A stretch of DNA of 64,000 bases from NCBI GenBank assembly GCA_963662615.2, contig CAXXSR010000002.1, positions 352,001-416,000 of the forward strand, given 5' to 3'. Positions 11,934 to 20,532 of the stretch are shown here, one piece after another. The notes under the pieces are model-generated. The model worked only from the letters and a program-made list of their open reading frames with translations, searched no databases and was not told the origin of the DNA. This stretch comes from Dehalococcoidia bacterium. Lineage in GTDB: Bacteria; Chloroflexota; Dehalococcoidia; Bin125. The position numbers and the translations under genes were made by a program. How positions within the stretch are numbered: the stretch's first letter is position 1; each line of letters opens with the position of its first letter.

Positions 11934-14162
11934 CTATTCGCGGGATTGGGAGAGGGCCGGCGGCGAGCTCCCGTCGACCGGGGCATCACCCACCGGCTCG
12001 GGGGCCGCCCCCACGCCCTGGGGAGGCGCGGCGGCGGCGAGACGCTCCTGCTCGGCGGCCGTGGGCGCGGGATATTCAATCCGCGGGTGATACACGCCGC
12101 GGAGGGTGACTTTGAACGATTCGGCGATGGTGCGGATCTCGCGCAGCGTCAAATCACAGTCGTCGAACTGCTGCTCGTTGACGCGCTCGTTGATAACGGC
12201 GTCAATGAGGCGGTCAATGGTGTCCATGTCGCGCTGCCTGCTGGAGCGGACGACGGCCTCGCAGGAGTCGGCCATCATGACGATGGCCGTCTCGCGGCTC
12301 TGGGGGCGAGGGCCCGCGTAGGTGAAGAGCGCCGGATCCACGTCGGGATCGATGCGGGCGGCCTTGCGGTAGAAGTAGGTGACGAGCCGGGTCCCGTGAT
12401 GCTCCGGGATAAACGCTCGCACGGGCGGGGCCAACCGTTGCTGTCGGCCCAACTCCATGCCCCAGCGGACGTGATCCTGAATGACGCGGGCACTCTCCAG
12501 CGGATCGAGATCATCGTGGGGGTTTTCGCCGTCGGCCTGGTTTTCGATGTACATGTGTGGCTTCGAGAGCTTGCCGATGTCGTGGTAGTAGGCGCCCACG
12601 CGGACGAGGAGGGCGTCCGCGCCGATCTCCGCCGCCGCTCGCTGCGCCATGGTGGCGACGAGCAGCGAGTGGTGAAAGGTCCCCGGCGTCTCCTCCTGCA
12701 GACGTCGCAGCAGTGGCTGTGTGAGCTGCGCCAGTTCCAGCAGCTGCAGCCGCGTGGTGACGCCGAAGGCGAGGCCGAGGAACCAGGACGCGCCGATGGT
12801 GAGCACACCCGTACTGACGAACACGATCGCGGCCACCAGCGCCAGCCAGCCGAGATCCGCTGAGGCCCGGGAGGGATTCAACAGCCAGAAGGCCAAGCCC
12901 ACCAAGAAGAGGGACGCCCCCACGGCGCCGCCTGTGACGCCGTACTGCGTCAGCCGCTCGGCTCGCTGCATGGCGAACACGCCGGCGACGCCGGAGAACA
13001 GGAAGACCGCGAGGGGCCGCAACGCCTGGGCGGCTTCGGGCGCCTCGCCAACGGCGTAGTCCGGGTGGATCAAGGCCGCCGCCCCGGCCAGGACGGCGAT
13101 CACCATGGCGACTAACAGCGCCAGTGTCCGTTCCAGCAGGGCGGCCACGAGCACCGGGGCGACGGCCAGCGGCAACACCAAGTCCAGCGCCTTGTCGCGC
13201 TCATCCGGGAGGACCACGGGGAGAAACCAACGCGAGGCCGCCACCATCCCGACCACGAGGACGGCGACGAGGAGCAGCCGGCGGTCGCTGGCGGCGGATT
13301 GTGGGGCCGCCAAGACGAAGTACGCGCCCAGCGTCAGCGATCCGGCCAGGGCGAGGATCAGCACCGCGACGAGATCGTCGATGGGGATGCCGCCGCCCTT
13401 CTGGGGCAAGGGGAGGCGCAGCAAGACCTCCTCCGCCAGGTCATCCACCGGCTCGCCGGTGGGAACGATGAGGTCGCCTTTTTCAAACTCCTGGATCACC
13501 GGCGCCACGCTCTCCCGCACGGCAGTCCGAGCCGCCTCCGTGGCAGCCACATCTTCGCGGACGTTTGCGACGATCCGTGGTGCAACGAGGGCATCGACGA
13601 TCTCTGTCTGATCTGGGGAGAAGCCCGGGCCGACTCGGGCGGAGAGGCCAGCGCGGGTCGCCGCGACTTCGCCGTCCGTGATGCTGCCACCCATGATCTC
13701 GCGGAGGAGCGTGATCGCACGCGCCCTCACCCCCCTCGCCCCCTGCCACTGGAGATCATTGAGGCCCAGAATGAGAACTTGCGCACGCGGGCTCAACTGG
13801 GCGCCGGGGACGAGGCCCAGCTCTCGTGCGCGTTCCTCCGGCGTCAGCTCGGGGTCATCGCGAATCCGGTCGACCTCGCTGAGGAAGTCGGTCAGGGCGG
13901 CGTTCTGGTCGTTGCCGATGCCCGTGTCGAAGGTGACGCTGGCGACGACGCCGGCGGCGGCTGCGTCCTGCGCCCGTTGCGTCAGGATCTCGCTCTCGAA
14001 GGAGAGATCGGCGGTGGCCGCGACCGGCTCCGCGGCCGACTGACCCCGCGCGGGAAAGCCGCGCTCCGGCTGAATGGGCAGCAGCGCGATCGTGAGGGCG
14101 GCCGCCAGGGCGACGGCAAAGATTTCGACGCGAACGGGCGAGTAGAATCGCGCGGCAGCCAC
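11934..14162 (-). CDS. 7TM-HD (HDIG) membrane phosphohydrolase, PgpH-like putative c-di-AMP phosphodiesterase
   Basis: N-terminal TM, extracellular domain, multi-TM block, then PGTFHHS...GAYYHDIGK...EHHGT...YPGPRP-like...ADSCEA. Confidence 0.9.
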   Translation of the reverse strand: MAAARFYSPVRVEIFAVALAAALTIALLPIQPERGFPARGQSAAEPVAATADLSFESEILTQRAQDAAAAGVVASVTFDTGIGNDQNAALTDFLSEVDRIRDDPELTPEERARELGLVPGAQLSPRAQVLILGLNDLQWQGARGVRARAITLLREIMGGSITDGEVAATRAGLSARVGPGFSPDQTEIVDALVAPRIVANVREDVAATEAARTAVRESVAPVIQEFEKGDLIVPTGEPVDDLAEEVLLRLPLPQKGGGIPIDDLVAVLILALAGSLTLGAYFVLAAPQSAASDRRLLLVAVLVVGMVAASRWFLPVVLPDERDKALDLVLPLAVAPVLVAALLERTLALLVAMVIAVLAGAAALIHPDYAVGEAPEAAQALRPLAVFLFSGVAGVFAMQRAERLTQYGVTGGAVGASLFLVGLAFWLLNPSRASADLGWLALVAAIVFVSTGVLTIGASWFLGLAFGVTTRLQLLELAQLTQPLLRRLQEETPGTFHHSLLVATMAQRAAAEIGADALLVRVGAYYHDIGKLSKPHMYIENQADGENPHDDLDPLESARVIQDHVRWGMELGRQQRLAPPVRAFIPEHHGTRLVTYFYRKAARIDPDVDPALFTYAGPRPQSRETAIVMMADSCEAVVRSSRQRDMDTIDRLIDAVINERVNEQQFDDCDLTLREIRTIAESFKVTLRGVYHPRIEYPAPTAAEQERLAAAAPPQGVGAAPEPVGDAPVDGSSPPALSQSRE

Positions 14163-14234
14163 CAGCCCATCCGATCAGATGCGACCGCGGCGCCGCGGTC
14201 GCCATCCGCTGTCATCATAGGGGCCGCCCGCGGG

Positions 14235-14684
14235 CTAGCCGCCGAGCAGTTCCGTCACAACCTCGTTGACCAGGCGCCCGTCGGCCTTGCCGCGCAACTC
14301 CCCCATAAGCGGGCCCATGACCTTGCCCTTATCTTGGGGCCCGCTCGCTCCGGCTGCGGCGATGGCCCGCTGCACGGCAGCGACGATCTCGTCGCGGCTC
14401 ATCAGCGCGGGGAGGTACTCTTCCAAGACCGCGATCTCCGCGCGCTCCTTGTCCACCAGGTCCTGGCGGCCCCCCTGCTGGAAGAGTTCCACCGACTCCT
14501 GCCGCTGTTTCAGCTGCTTGCGGATGACCGCAATCACCTCAGCGTCTTCCAGCGGGCGCCGCCGCTCGATCTCAGCGTTCTTGATCGCCGCCTCCACCAA
14601 GCGGATGGTCCCCCGCCGCACGGGCTCTTTGGCTCGCATTGCCTCGTGCAGGTCCCGGCGCAACTGATCGCGCAGTTCCGTCAT
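14235..14684 (-). CDS. GatB/YqeY domain protein
   Basis: AMRAK...KQRQES..F..GGR.DL..KE..E...YLP...DKGKVMG...GKADG; GGAGG RBS before ATG 14684. Confidence 0.95.
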   Translation of the reverse strand: MTELRDQLRRDLHEAMRAKEPVRRGTIRLVEAAIKNAEIERRRPLEDAEVIAVIRKQLKQRQESVELFQQGGRQDLVDKERAEIAVLEEYLPALMSRDEIVAAVQRAIAAAGASGPQDKGKVMGPLMGELRGKADGRLVNEVVTELLGG

Positions 14685-14722
14685 GGAATCCCTCCTCACG
14701 CAGCGGCAAGCATGCCGACGGC

Positions 14723-14753
14723 AAGGAAAAGGCCGCCGGTCTCGCCGACGGCC
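14723..14753 (-). terminator. Rho-independent terminator after the microprotein pair
   Basis: Minus strand GGCCGTCGG-CGAGA-CCGGCGGCC followed by TTTTCCTT. Confidence 0.7.
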
Positions 14754-14802
14754 CCAGGTGTAACGGTGTTGACGCCCTCGGGGGAGCGCGAACAGCGCTG
14801 GG

Positions 14803-14946
14803 TTAATCCGCGGATGGTAACACCTTGGGCTGCATCAATTCCAGGTTGCGTTCGTCCGCCTTCAGATCGCAGTCCCCCGGCTTAATGCAGAGAACCTCCA
14901 CACCGCTTTTTTCGTCCTTGTAGCGCTTGCCCAGTTGCACCGCCAC
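14803..14946 (-). CDS. 47-aa microprotein, desulforedoxin/zinc-ribbon-like paralog lacking the CxxC
   Basis: Manual translation MAVQLGKRYKDEKSGVEVLCIKPGDCDLKADERNLELMQPKVLPSAD; GGAGGGG RBS; aligns with the upstream 40-aa protein (Q-x-GKRY...E...G). Not in the ORF track. Confidence 0.75.
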   Translation of the reverse strand: MAVQLGKRYKDEKSGVEVLCIKPGDCDLKADERNLELMQPKVLPSAD

Positions 14947-14958
14947 GCGGCCCCTCCG

Positions 14959-15081
14959 CTACTTCTTTTCCTGCAGGGGACTGTCACCGCAGCGCAACTC
15001 CGCGGCGCCGCCGCGGGTGACGATGAACTCGGAACTACATTTGGGGCAGATGTACCGCTTGCCCGTCTGAGCCGGGGGCAT
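14959..15081 (-). CDS. 40-aa desulforedoxin/zinc-ribbon-like microprotein
   Basis: MPPAQTGKRYICPKCSSEFIVTRGGAAELRCGDSPLQEKK; AGGAGAGG RBS; Y-x-CxxC...G...LxC pattern. Confidence 0.78.
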   Translation of the reverse strand: MPPAQTGKRYICPKCSSEFIVTRGGAAELRCGDSPLQEKK

Positions 15082-15236
15082 CAGCCGTTTCCTCTCCTGG
15101 AATTGGCGGAGCGAAGGACAGTTTATCGCAGGGCCGCGCGCACGGTCAAAGGACGCCGGCAGGTAGTGGGCCGATTTGATCGGGGCAGGTCGGGCTACGT
15201 CTAGCGCTCCTCGGCCCGCGCCTTCATATTGCGAGC

Positions 15237-15626
15237 ATGGCCGAGAACACAAACAGCGGTGAGGAGCAACAAGCCGTCGGGGCGCTCTTCCAAAAGTTGT
15301 TGCAGTCGCCCCTCCAGACGTTCCCACGCCCTGGGGAGAAACTTGACGCGCCGCGTGCTAAAGGCGTCTACGTGATCCACAGCCCCCGAGGGAATGTCCT
15401 TCACGTTGGGAGAACGCCGCGGGCCAAGAACGGCATACACCAGCGATTGCACAACCATCTGCACGGGCGGTCCTCATTCACCAACCAATATCTCAAGAAG
15501 GACGGTTCCAAACTCAGGGATGGCTATCAATTTCGTTGCCTGGTCGTTACGAGCCGACGTCGACGCGCTCTCCTGGAGGCATATGCAATTGGCTACCTCT
15601 GTCCCGCTCACATTGGTCTTGGGTGA
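15237..15626 (+). CDS. Small GIY-YIG-like nuclease-fold protein
   Basis: KGVYVI...LHVGRT...QRLHNH...LLE pattern; visibly more AT-rich than neighbours and on the opposite strand. Confidence 0.6.
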   Translation: MAENTNSGEEQQAVGALFQKLLQSPLQTFPRPGEKLDAPRAKGVYVIHSPRGNVLHVGRTPRAKNGIHQRLHNHLHGRSSFTNQYLKKDGSKLRDGYQFRCLVVTSRRRRALLEAYAIGYLCPAHIGLG

Positions 15627-15712
15627 CAGGATTCTGCGGCTGCAATCAGACTGGCCCACTTCCGGCCGGCGAAACCGCTGCGATCGCGGACGCGGCGCGC
15701 GTCCCCGTCGCA

Positions 15713-16267
15713 CTAGGTCACGGTGAACTCAACGACCATCCCCAGGATGTAGTGCCCGGGCTCATTGCAGATCAGGAGGTACCGGCCGGGAGCCAAGGCG
15801 AGCGTGATCCGTCGCGTCTCGTCCGGCGCAAACGTCGGGATCTCGCCCTGCAATATGACGCCTTCGCCGTTCACGTCCGCCTGCGTTTCGCCCTCCGCCA
15901 GCGGCAGCGCCTCCGCCGCAAGATCCGTGCGCAGCACGTCGAAGCTGTGCGCCGACGAGCCCCGGTTCTCAACGACAAAGGTGACCTCCCCGGCGGGGAC
16001 CGAGGCAACTTGGAGTTCAATCACGAAGTCGCGCAGCCCCACGTTCACCGTCGTCTGGGTTGGCGCCGGCGCAGGCGCGGGCGCAGGCGCGGCCGGCTCG
16101 CCCACGGCGTCCCGCTCCTGTCCGCCGAACGCCTCGGCGGCGCGCTGCCCCCGATCCGCGGGAGCCCCGGCGAAATCGTCCTCGCTGCAGGCGGCGACCA
16201 ACCAAGCCAGGCCGACGAGTGAGACCGTCAGCAGAACGGGCCAGGTGTGGCGGATGCGGCGGGTCAT
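15713..16267 (-). CDS. Cupredoxin (blue copper) lipoprotein
   Basis: Lipobox LVAAC; type-1 Cu ligands H (AHSF)...C-NEPG-H-YILG-M; last gene of the Rieske/cyt b operon. Confidence 0.88.
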   Translation of the reverse strand: MTRRIRHTWPVLLTVSLVGLAWLVAACSEDDFAGAPADRGQRAAEAFGGQERDAVGEPAAPAPAPAPAPTQTTVNVGLRDFVIELQVASVPAGEVTFVVENRGSSAHSFDVLRTDLAAEALPLAEGETQADVNGEGVILQGEIPTFAPDETRRITLALAPGRYLLICNEPGHYILGMVVEFTVT

Positions 16268-16274
16268 GGGGCCG

Positions 16275-17564
16275 TTACTGGTCCGGCCCCAGCGACTTGA
16301 GCCAGCTCCAGATGTTGAAGACGTCCTCATCCTCAATGCGATCCGCGGGGAATGCGGGCATGGCTTCGCGCGGGCTGCGGTATTGCTGCAACTCCTGCGA
16401 GAAGGCCAGTTGCGTCCCGGCGATCATGGGGCCGATGCCGCCCTCGCCGAGATCGCCGTGGCAGACGTTGCAGCCGTTGGAGAAGAAAAGCTCCTCGCCC
16501 CGGCCGAGATCCGCGCTGAAGCCGCTGGTGTCGACTTCCGGGGCGGCGGCCGCCGGGGTGGCGGTCGCGGTGCTGCGCTGGCCACAGGTGCTCTGCGTCA
16601 CTGACACGGCGGGCGTGGCGACGGGAAGGCCGTCAGCAACGCGCGCTTGCGCCGCCTGAAGTTGCTGGTCCGCGTCGGTCAGGGCATTCGAGGCCACCGC
16701 GCTGCGGACCACCCACAGAGCGGCGAGCGGGTCACCGCCGACTTGGGCCAGGGCGTCGTCCACGGCGGCACCGAGCGCTTCAGCCTCCGCCGCGGTCATC
16801 ACCGCCGCCACAGCCTCAAGGGCGGCCTCATCCCCGGATTCCTCGGCCGCGGCCAGCTCCTGTCCAAATTGTTCGTCCACCGCCGCGACGATCTCAACGC
16901 GGCGCAGCAACGTCAGGGCGTTCTGCAGCGCGACGAGCACGTCCCCGTTAGCCGCCTCGACCTGGGCCTCTCGGGCCGCCGCCACGCCGAGGTCGGTCGC
17001 GCCGGCTTCCGCGGCGTTCAGCGCGTCCTCCAGACCGGCCAAAGCAACCTCGTCCTCCTCATGGGCGAGTTCCAGCGCCTCCGCCCAGGCATCGCCAGCA
17101 TTGGTGGTAATGAGCGCAACCAGCGATTCAATATGGGAGAAATTCAGCGACCCGCCCTGTTCCACCAACCAAGGCGGCATGGGCGTGCCGTTGCGGCCGC
17201 AGGCGATGGTGCTGGAGAAGCGAAGCTGCCGCTCGTCCAATTTGCTCCGGGCGGCATCTCGATCGGCGGCTTCCAGAGAGTTGTCGTTCGCCAGGCGCCA
17301 AGCCAGCGTGTTGGCCGGTTGGTTGAGGGCGGGGCCGATCACGGTGGCGTTGCCGTCCCGCCCCAGGCCGTTGTTGCCGTGGCAGACCCGGCAATTTCGC
17401 GCGAAGATCCGCGCTCCGCGCTCAGCCGCGTCCACCGCCTGCTCCTCTTCCGCCTCCGGCCGCCGGCCCTCGTCGAACCAGACGTATGCGCCCAAGCCAA
17501 TGACACCGAGAAACATCAGCGCCACCATGGCGAGGATCTGCTTGCGGGTGTTCTGGCGGCTCAT
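16275..17564 (-). CDS. Membrane-anchored di-haem cytochrome c (QcrC-like)
   Basis: N-terminal TM; CRVCH with distal MPPW; CNVCH with MPAF; long Ala/Glu-rich helical linker. Confidence 0.88.
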   Translation of the reverse strand: MSRQNTRKQILAMVALMFLGVIGLGAYVWFDEGRRPEAEEEQAVDAAERGARIFARNCRVCHGNNGLGRDGNATVIGPALNQPANTLAWRLANDNSLEAADRDAARSKLDERQLRFSSTIACGRNGTPMPPWLVEQGGSLNFSHIESLVALITTNAGDAWAEALELAHEEDEVALAGLEDALNAAEAGATDLGVAAAREAQVEAANGDVLVALQNALTLLRRVEIVAAVDEQFGQELAAAEESGDEAALEAVAAVMTAAEAEALGAAVDDALAQVGGDPLAALWVVRSAVASNALTDADQQLQAAQARVADGLPVATPAVSVTQSTCGQRSTATATPAAAAPEVDTSGFSADLGRGEELFFSNGCNVCHGDLGEGGIGPMIAGTQLAFSQELQQYRSPREAMPAFPADRIEDEDVFNIWSWLKSLGPDQ

Positions 17565-17612
17565 CCGCTCCGGCTCTTCCTTCAATTCCTCTGGCGCCGC
17601 CCCGGCGCCGGG

Positions 17613-18434
17613 TTAGATGGGGTAGGGCTTCGCCCGTGTGGGATTATCGGCGCCGCCTTTGGTGATGACGCCCGTGTTGACGCTGAGGCTGCCGTCCTCG
17701 TTGACCGTGACGTCCATGGTGTCCATGGGCCGGGGGGCGGGGCCAAAGACGCGAACGCCCGCCTTGGTGTAGGTGGAGCCGTGGCAGGGACAGCGGAACC
17801 ACCCGGAAATGGCGTCGAAGGCGAAGTCGGAGCGCCAGGGCACGGTACAGCCCAGATGCGGGCACTTCCACCACAGAGCGAGCAGGCCGCCGCCACCCTC
17901 TTCGCCGAAGCCGGCGTGGGTGCCTTCGTCCGGGCGCAGATTGGAGAGCCAGAACTTGCCCACGGTGATGCGGGCGGGATCGTCACCGGGCTCGGGCACC
18001 AGGTCGGCGGCCACGGCGATCTTGCCGCCGAATCCCGTGAGGCCTCGCGGCCAGAAGAAGGCCAAGAAGGCCGAGACCGAGCCGGTGAGGCCAAGGAAGA
18101 ACACCCCCCAGAAGGACGTTTGGAGCAGCTGCCGCCGGGTCAGCTCCATGCGCCGCTGGCGGCGGCGCTGCGCCCGCGTGACGATGGCCCGCTCGCGTCC
18201 CGGCTCCTCCGTGATCGCCGCGCGCTCAGCGCCCGGCAAGAACGGAGCGCGCTGCGGCCGCGCCGCCCCCGAGGGCGTAGGCGGGACGGGGACGAGCTGC
18301 TGAGGGCCACCCTCGCCGGTGCCGGCGGGGGGCGCGGCTTCCGCCGGACCGGTAGTTGCCGGGACCTGGGGAGCTTCCCCGCCGCCGCCTGCCTCTGGCT
18401 CTTGGGCGGGCGGCTCTCGCTCGTCTGGACTCAT
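17613..18434 (-). CDS. qcrA: Rieske [2Fe-2S] subunit (QcrA/PetC-like)
   Basis: Tat-like TRRQLL plus TM; CPHLGC and CPCHGS boxes; GPAPRPM. Confidence 0.93.
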   Translation of the reverse strand: MSPDEREPPAQEPEAGGGGEAPQVPATTGPAEAAPPAGTGEGGPQQLVPVPPTPSGAARPQRAPFLPGAERAAITEEPGRERAIVTRAQRRRQRRMELTRRQLLQTSFWGVFFLGLTGSVSAFLAFFWPRGLTGFGGKIAVAADLVPEPGDDPARITVGKFWLSNLRPDEGTHAGFGEEGGGGLLALWWKCPHLGCTVPWRSDFAFDAISGWFRCPCHGSTYTKAGVRVFGPAPRPMDTMDVTVNEDGSLSVNTGVITKGGADNPTRAKPYPI

Positions 18435-18503
18435 GATGCCTGGCAGCTCGCTCTCACTTCGCTGACGGAGCGCGTCTGGGCCAGAGGCCGGCCCCGGTCC
18501 GGC

Positions 18504-19406
18504 CTACTCCTGGACCACTACGATATCCCATGGCGGCCGCAACTCCTGCCCTTGGCCGCGGAAGGCCACGCCGACGGTTATGAGCACGATGTAGACCGAG
18601 ATGAAGCCGGTGAAGATCAAGATGGCGATGTCGCGCCGTGTCTTGATCCAGCCCAGCTTCTTCTTCGTGAACCAGACCAGGGCCAAGGGCCCGCCCACCA
18701 TCGTCGCTACCGGCACGATCTGCTGGGAGAGGAAGCTGGGGAAGTTCAGGTTCAAGAGCCAGGGACTCTCCCTGGTGCCCGGGATGCCAATGGGGATCGC
18801 ACGCCAGTCCTGGAACAGCTTAAAATCGCCGACGTTGAAGCTGAGGGCGTCCCAATTGATGCCCACGTCCAGGCCGCGGAGGTTGCGCGCCCAGTCCAGC
18901 GCGGCCGGCCAGACGAAGTCTCTGTTGAGGCCGCTGCCGCGGATGAACGCCTCCGTCCACTCCACGTGCTTGGAGGCGTCGTAGAGGATGAGCCAGATGG
19001 TGATCAGCCCCGCGGCGCAGAAGCCCCAGACCGTCAGCCGCACCGAGTACTTGCTGCCGAACCAGAGGCCTTGGTTCTCCGTGGAGCGATCCCAGTAGGG
19101 GATGGCCGCCAGGAGGATCAGCGCGATGGTCGGCACGATCACCCCCGCCCAAGCCGGCTCCATGTGCAGCAACAGCTCCTGCAGGTTGAGGAAGTACCAG
19201 GGCGCCTTGGACGGATTGGGCGTGGTGTCCGGGTCGGCGCGGTCGAGCAGGGGCGCATTCAGGAACGAGGAGAGGACCAACAGACTGATGGTGAAGAGGA
19301 CGGCGGCGATGAACTCGACGAAGACGAGGTCCGGCCAAACCAGGACCTCTTCTTCCCGGGCGCGCCGTGGGCGCGCCCGCACGGCTGTCGCAACGCGCGT
19401 CGCCAT
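18504..19406 (-). CDS. Cytochrome b C-terminal subunit (subunit IV/PetD-like)
   Basis: VWPDLV, APL...ADP..TPNPSKAPWYF (PEWY-equivalent), IPYWDR; multiple TMs. Confidence 0.88.
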   Translation of the reverse strand: MATRVATAVRARPRRAREEEVLVWPDLVFVEFIAAVLFTISLLVLSSFLNAPLLDRADPDTTPNPSKAPWYFLNLQELLLHMEPAWAGVIVPTIALILLAAIPYWDRSTENQGLWFGSKYSVRLTVWGFCAAGLITIWLILYDASKHVEWTEAFIRGSGLNRDFVWPAALDWARNLRGLDVGINWDALSFNVGDFKLFQDWRAIPIGIPGTRESPWLLNLNFPSFLSQQIVPVATMVGGPLALVWFTKKKLGWIKTRRDIAILIFTGFISVYIVLITVGVAFRGQGQELRPPWDIVVVQE

Positions 19407-19468
19407 GCCCCCTACTTTCGCGGCCCGATCCGGTACACGCTTTCCGTGCTACACCAGCGCCGCCGCCC

Positions 19469-20224
19469 CTAGAGCGGACGCGCCATGCCCCCGTCTCGAC
19501 GGATGCGCCAGAAATGAACCGATACGAAGATCGCAAAGATGAGCGGCAGCCCAATGACGTGCAGCGTGTAGAAGCGGATCAGCGCGTTGGGACCCACCTC
19601 AAAGTCGCCCAGCAGCAGGAACTTGCTTTCATCACCCAGGACGGGCGCCGAGCCGATCATGGTGGTGCCCACGGTGATGGCCCAGAACGCCAGTTGGTCC
19701 CAGGGCAGCAGGTAGCCGGTGAAGGAGAGGAGCAGCGTGACGACGAAGAGGATCACGCCCACCATCCAGTTGAACTCGCGGGGGGGCTTGTACGCGCCCG
19801 TGTAGAAGACCCGCATCATGTGCAGCAAGACCAGGATGATCATTGCGTGCGCCATCCAGCGGTGGAGGTTGCGCAGCAGCAGGCCGAAGCGCACGTTCGT
19901 CTCCAGCGCCTGGATGTCCGCGTAGGCCCGTTCCACGGACGGCACGTAGTAGAACATCAGCAGGACGCCTGTGACGGTGAGGCCCAGGAACATGAAGAAC
20001 GACAGGCCACCCAGGCAGTAGGTGTGCGTGATCTTGACGTGGGTGCGGTGGATGCGAGTGGGGTGGAGGTGCAGGAAGACGCTGGTGGCCACCACGAGCA
20101 TCTGATTGCGAGGGGTATTGGGATAGCCGGAACGGAAGATGGACTGCCAGACGTAGTTACGGAAGATCAGACCGTAGAGCTGGTCGTTGATGCCGCGGCG
20201 CGGCGGGCGCTCTACGCGGGCCAT
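19469..20224 (-). CDS. qcrB: Cytochrome b6-like N-terminal subunit
   Basis: [22 protein letters not shown]...[38 protein letters not shown]...HF. Confidence 0.93.
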   Translation of the reverse strand: MARVERPPRRGINDQLYGLIFRNYVWQSIFRSGYPNTPRNQMLVVATSVFLHLHPTRIHRTHVKITHTYCLGGLSFFMFLGLTVTGVLLMFYYVPSVERAYADIQALETNVRFGLLLRNLHRWMAHAMIILVLLHMMRVFYTGAYKPPREFNWMVGVILFVVTLLLSFTGYLLPWDQLAFWAITVGTTMIGSAPVLGDESKFLLLGDFEVGPNALIRFYTLHVIGLPLIFAIFVSVHFWRIRRDGGMARPL

Positions 20225-20236
20225 TGCGCCTCCCGG

Positions 20237-20356
20237 CTACCTCTCCCACCACCAGCCCAGGACCACCATGGCGCCCAGGCTGAACAGCACCGTCAGGACT
20301 ACTAACGGCAGCTCCATGATCTCGGAATCGAAGGGGATCTGGAGCAGGGGATCCAC
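20237..20356 (-). CDS. 39-aa single-TM peptide heading the Rieske/cyt b operon
   Basis: Manual translation MDPLLQIPFDSEIMELPLVVLTVLFSLGAMVVLGWWWER; GGAG RBS before GTG; stop 12 nt before the cyt b ATG. Not in the ORF track. Confidence 0.7.
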   Translation of the reverse strand: MDPLLQIPFDSEIMELPLVVLTVLFSLGAMVVLGWWWER

Positions 20357-20471
20357 CGTAGCCGCTCCACGCCCGGCCGGGCTCAAGCCCGGCCCCCGTC
20401 GCCCTCTGCGTTATGCGGGCAGGCTCCCAGGAGACCCGCTCTTCGCGTTCGTGAATAATCGTGCAATCGGC

Positions 20472-20500
20472 AATTTACGCCCGGCCTTCCTGAGTGTCAA
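20472..20500 (-). promoter_or_regulatory. Sigma-70-type promoter of the Rieske/cyt b operon
   Basis: Minus strand TTGACA-17 bp-TAAATT. Confidence 0.75.
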
Positions 20501-20532
20501 GGAAAATCACTGCCCATGGTGGTGGCGGCGCC

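Noticed and set aside
16647-19472. 941-aa plus-strand ORF
   Set aside because: Antisense shadow of the Rieske/cytochrome genes.
20449-20466. Rex operator downstream of the qcr promoter (TCGTGAA-TAAT-CGTGCAA)
   Set aside because: Only one half-site resembles TTGTGAA-N4-TTCACAA; the other has four mismatches.
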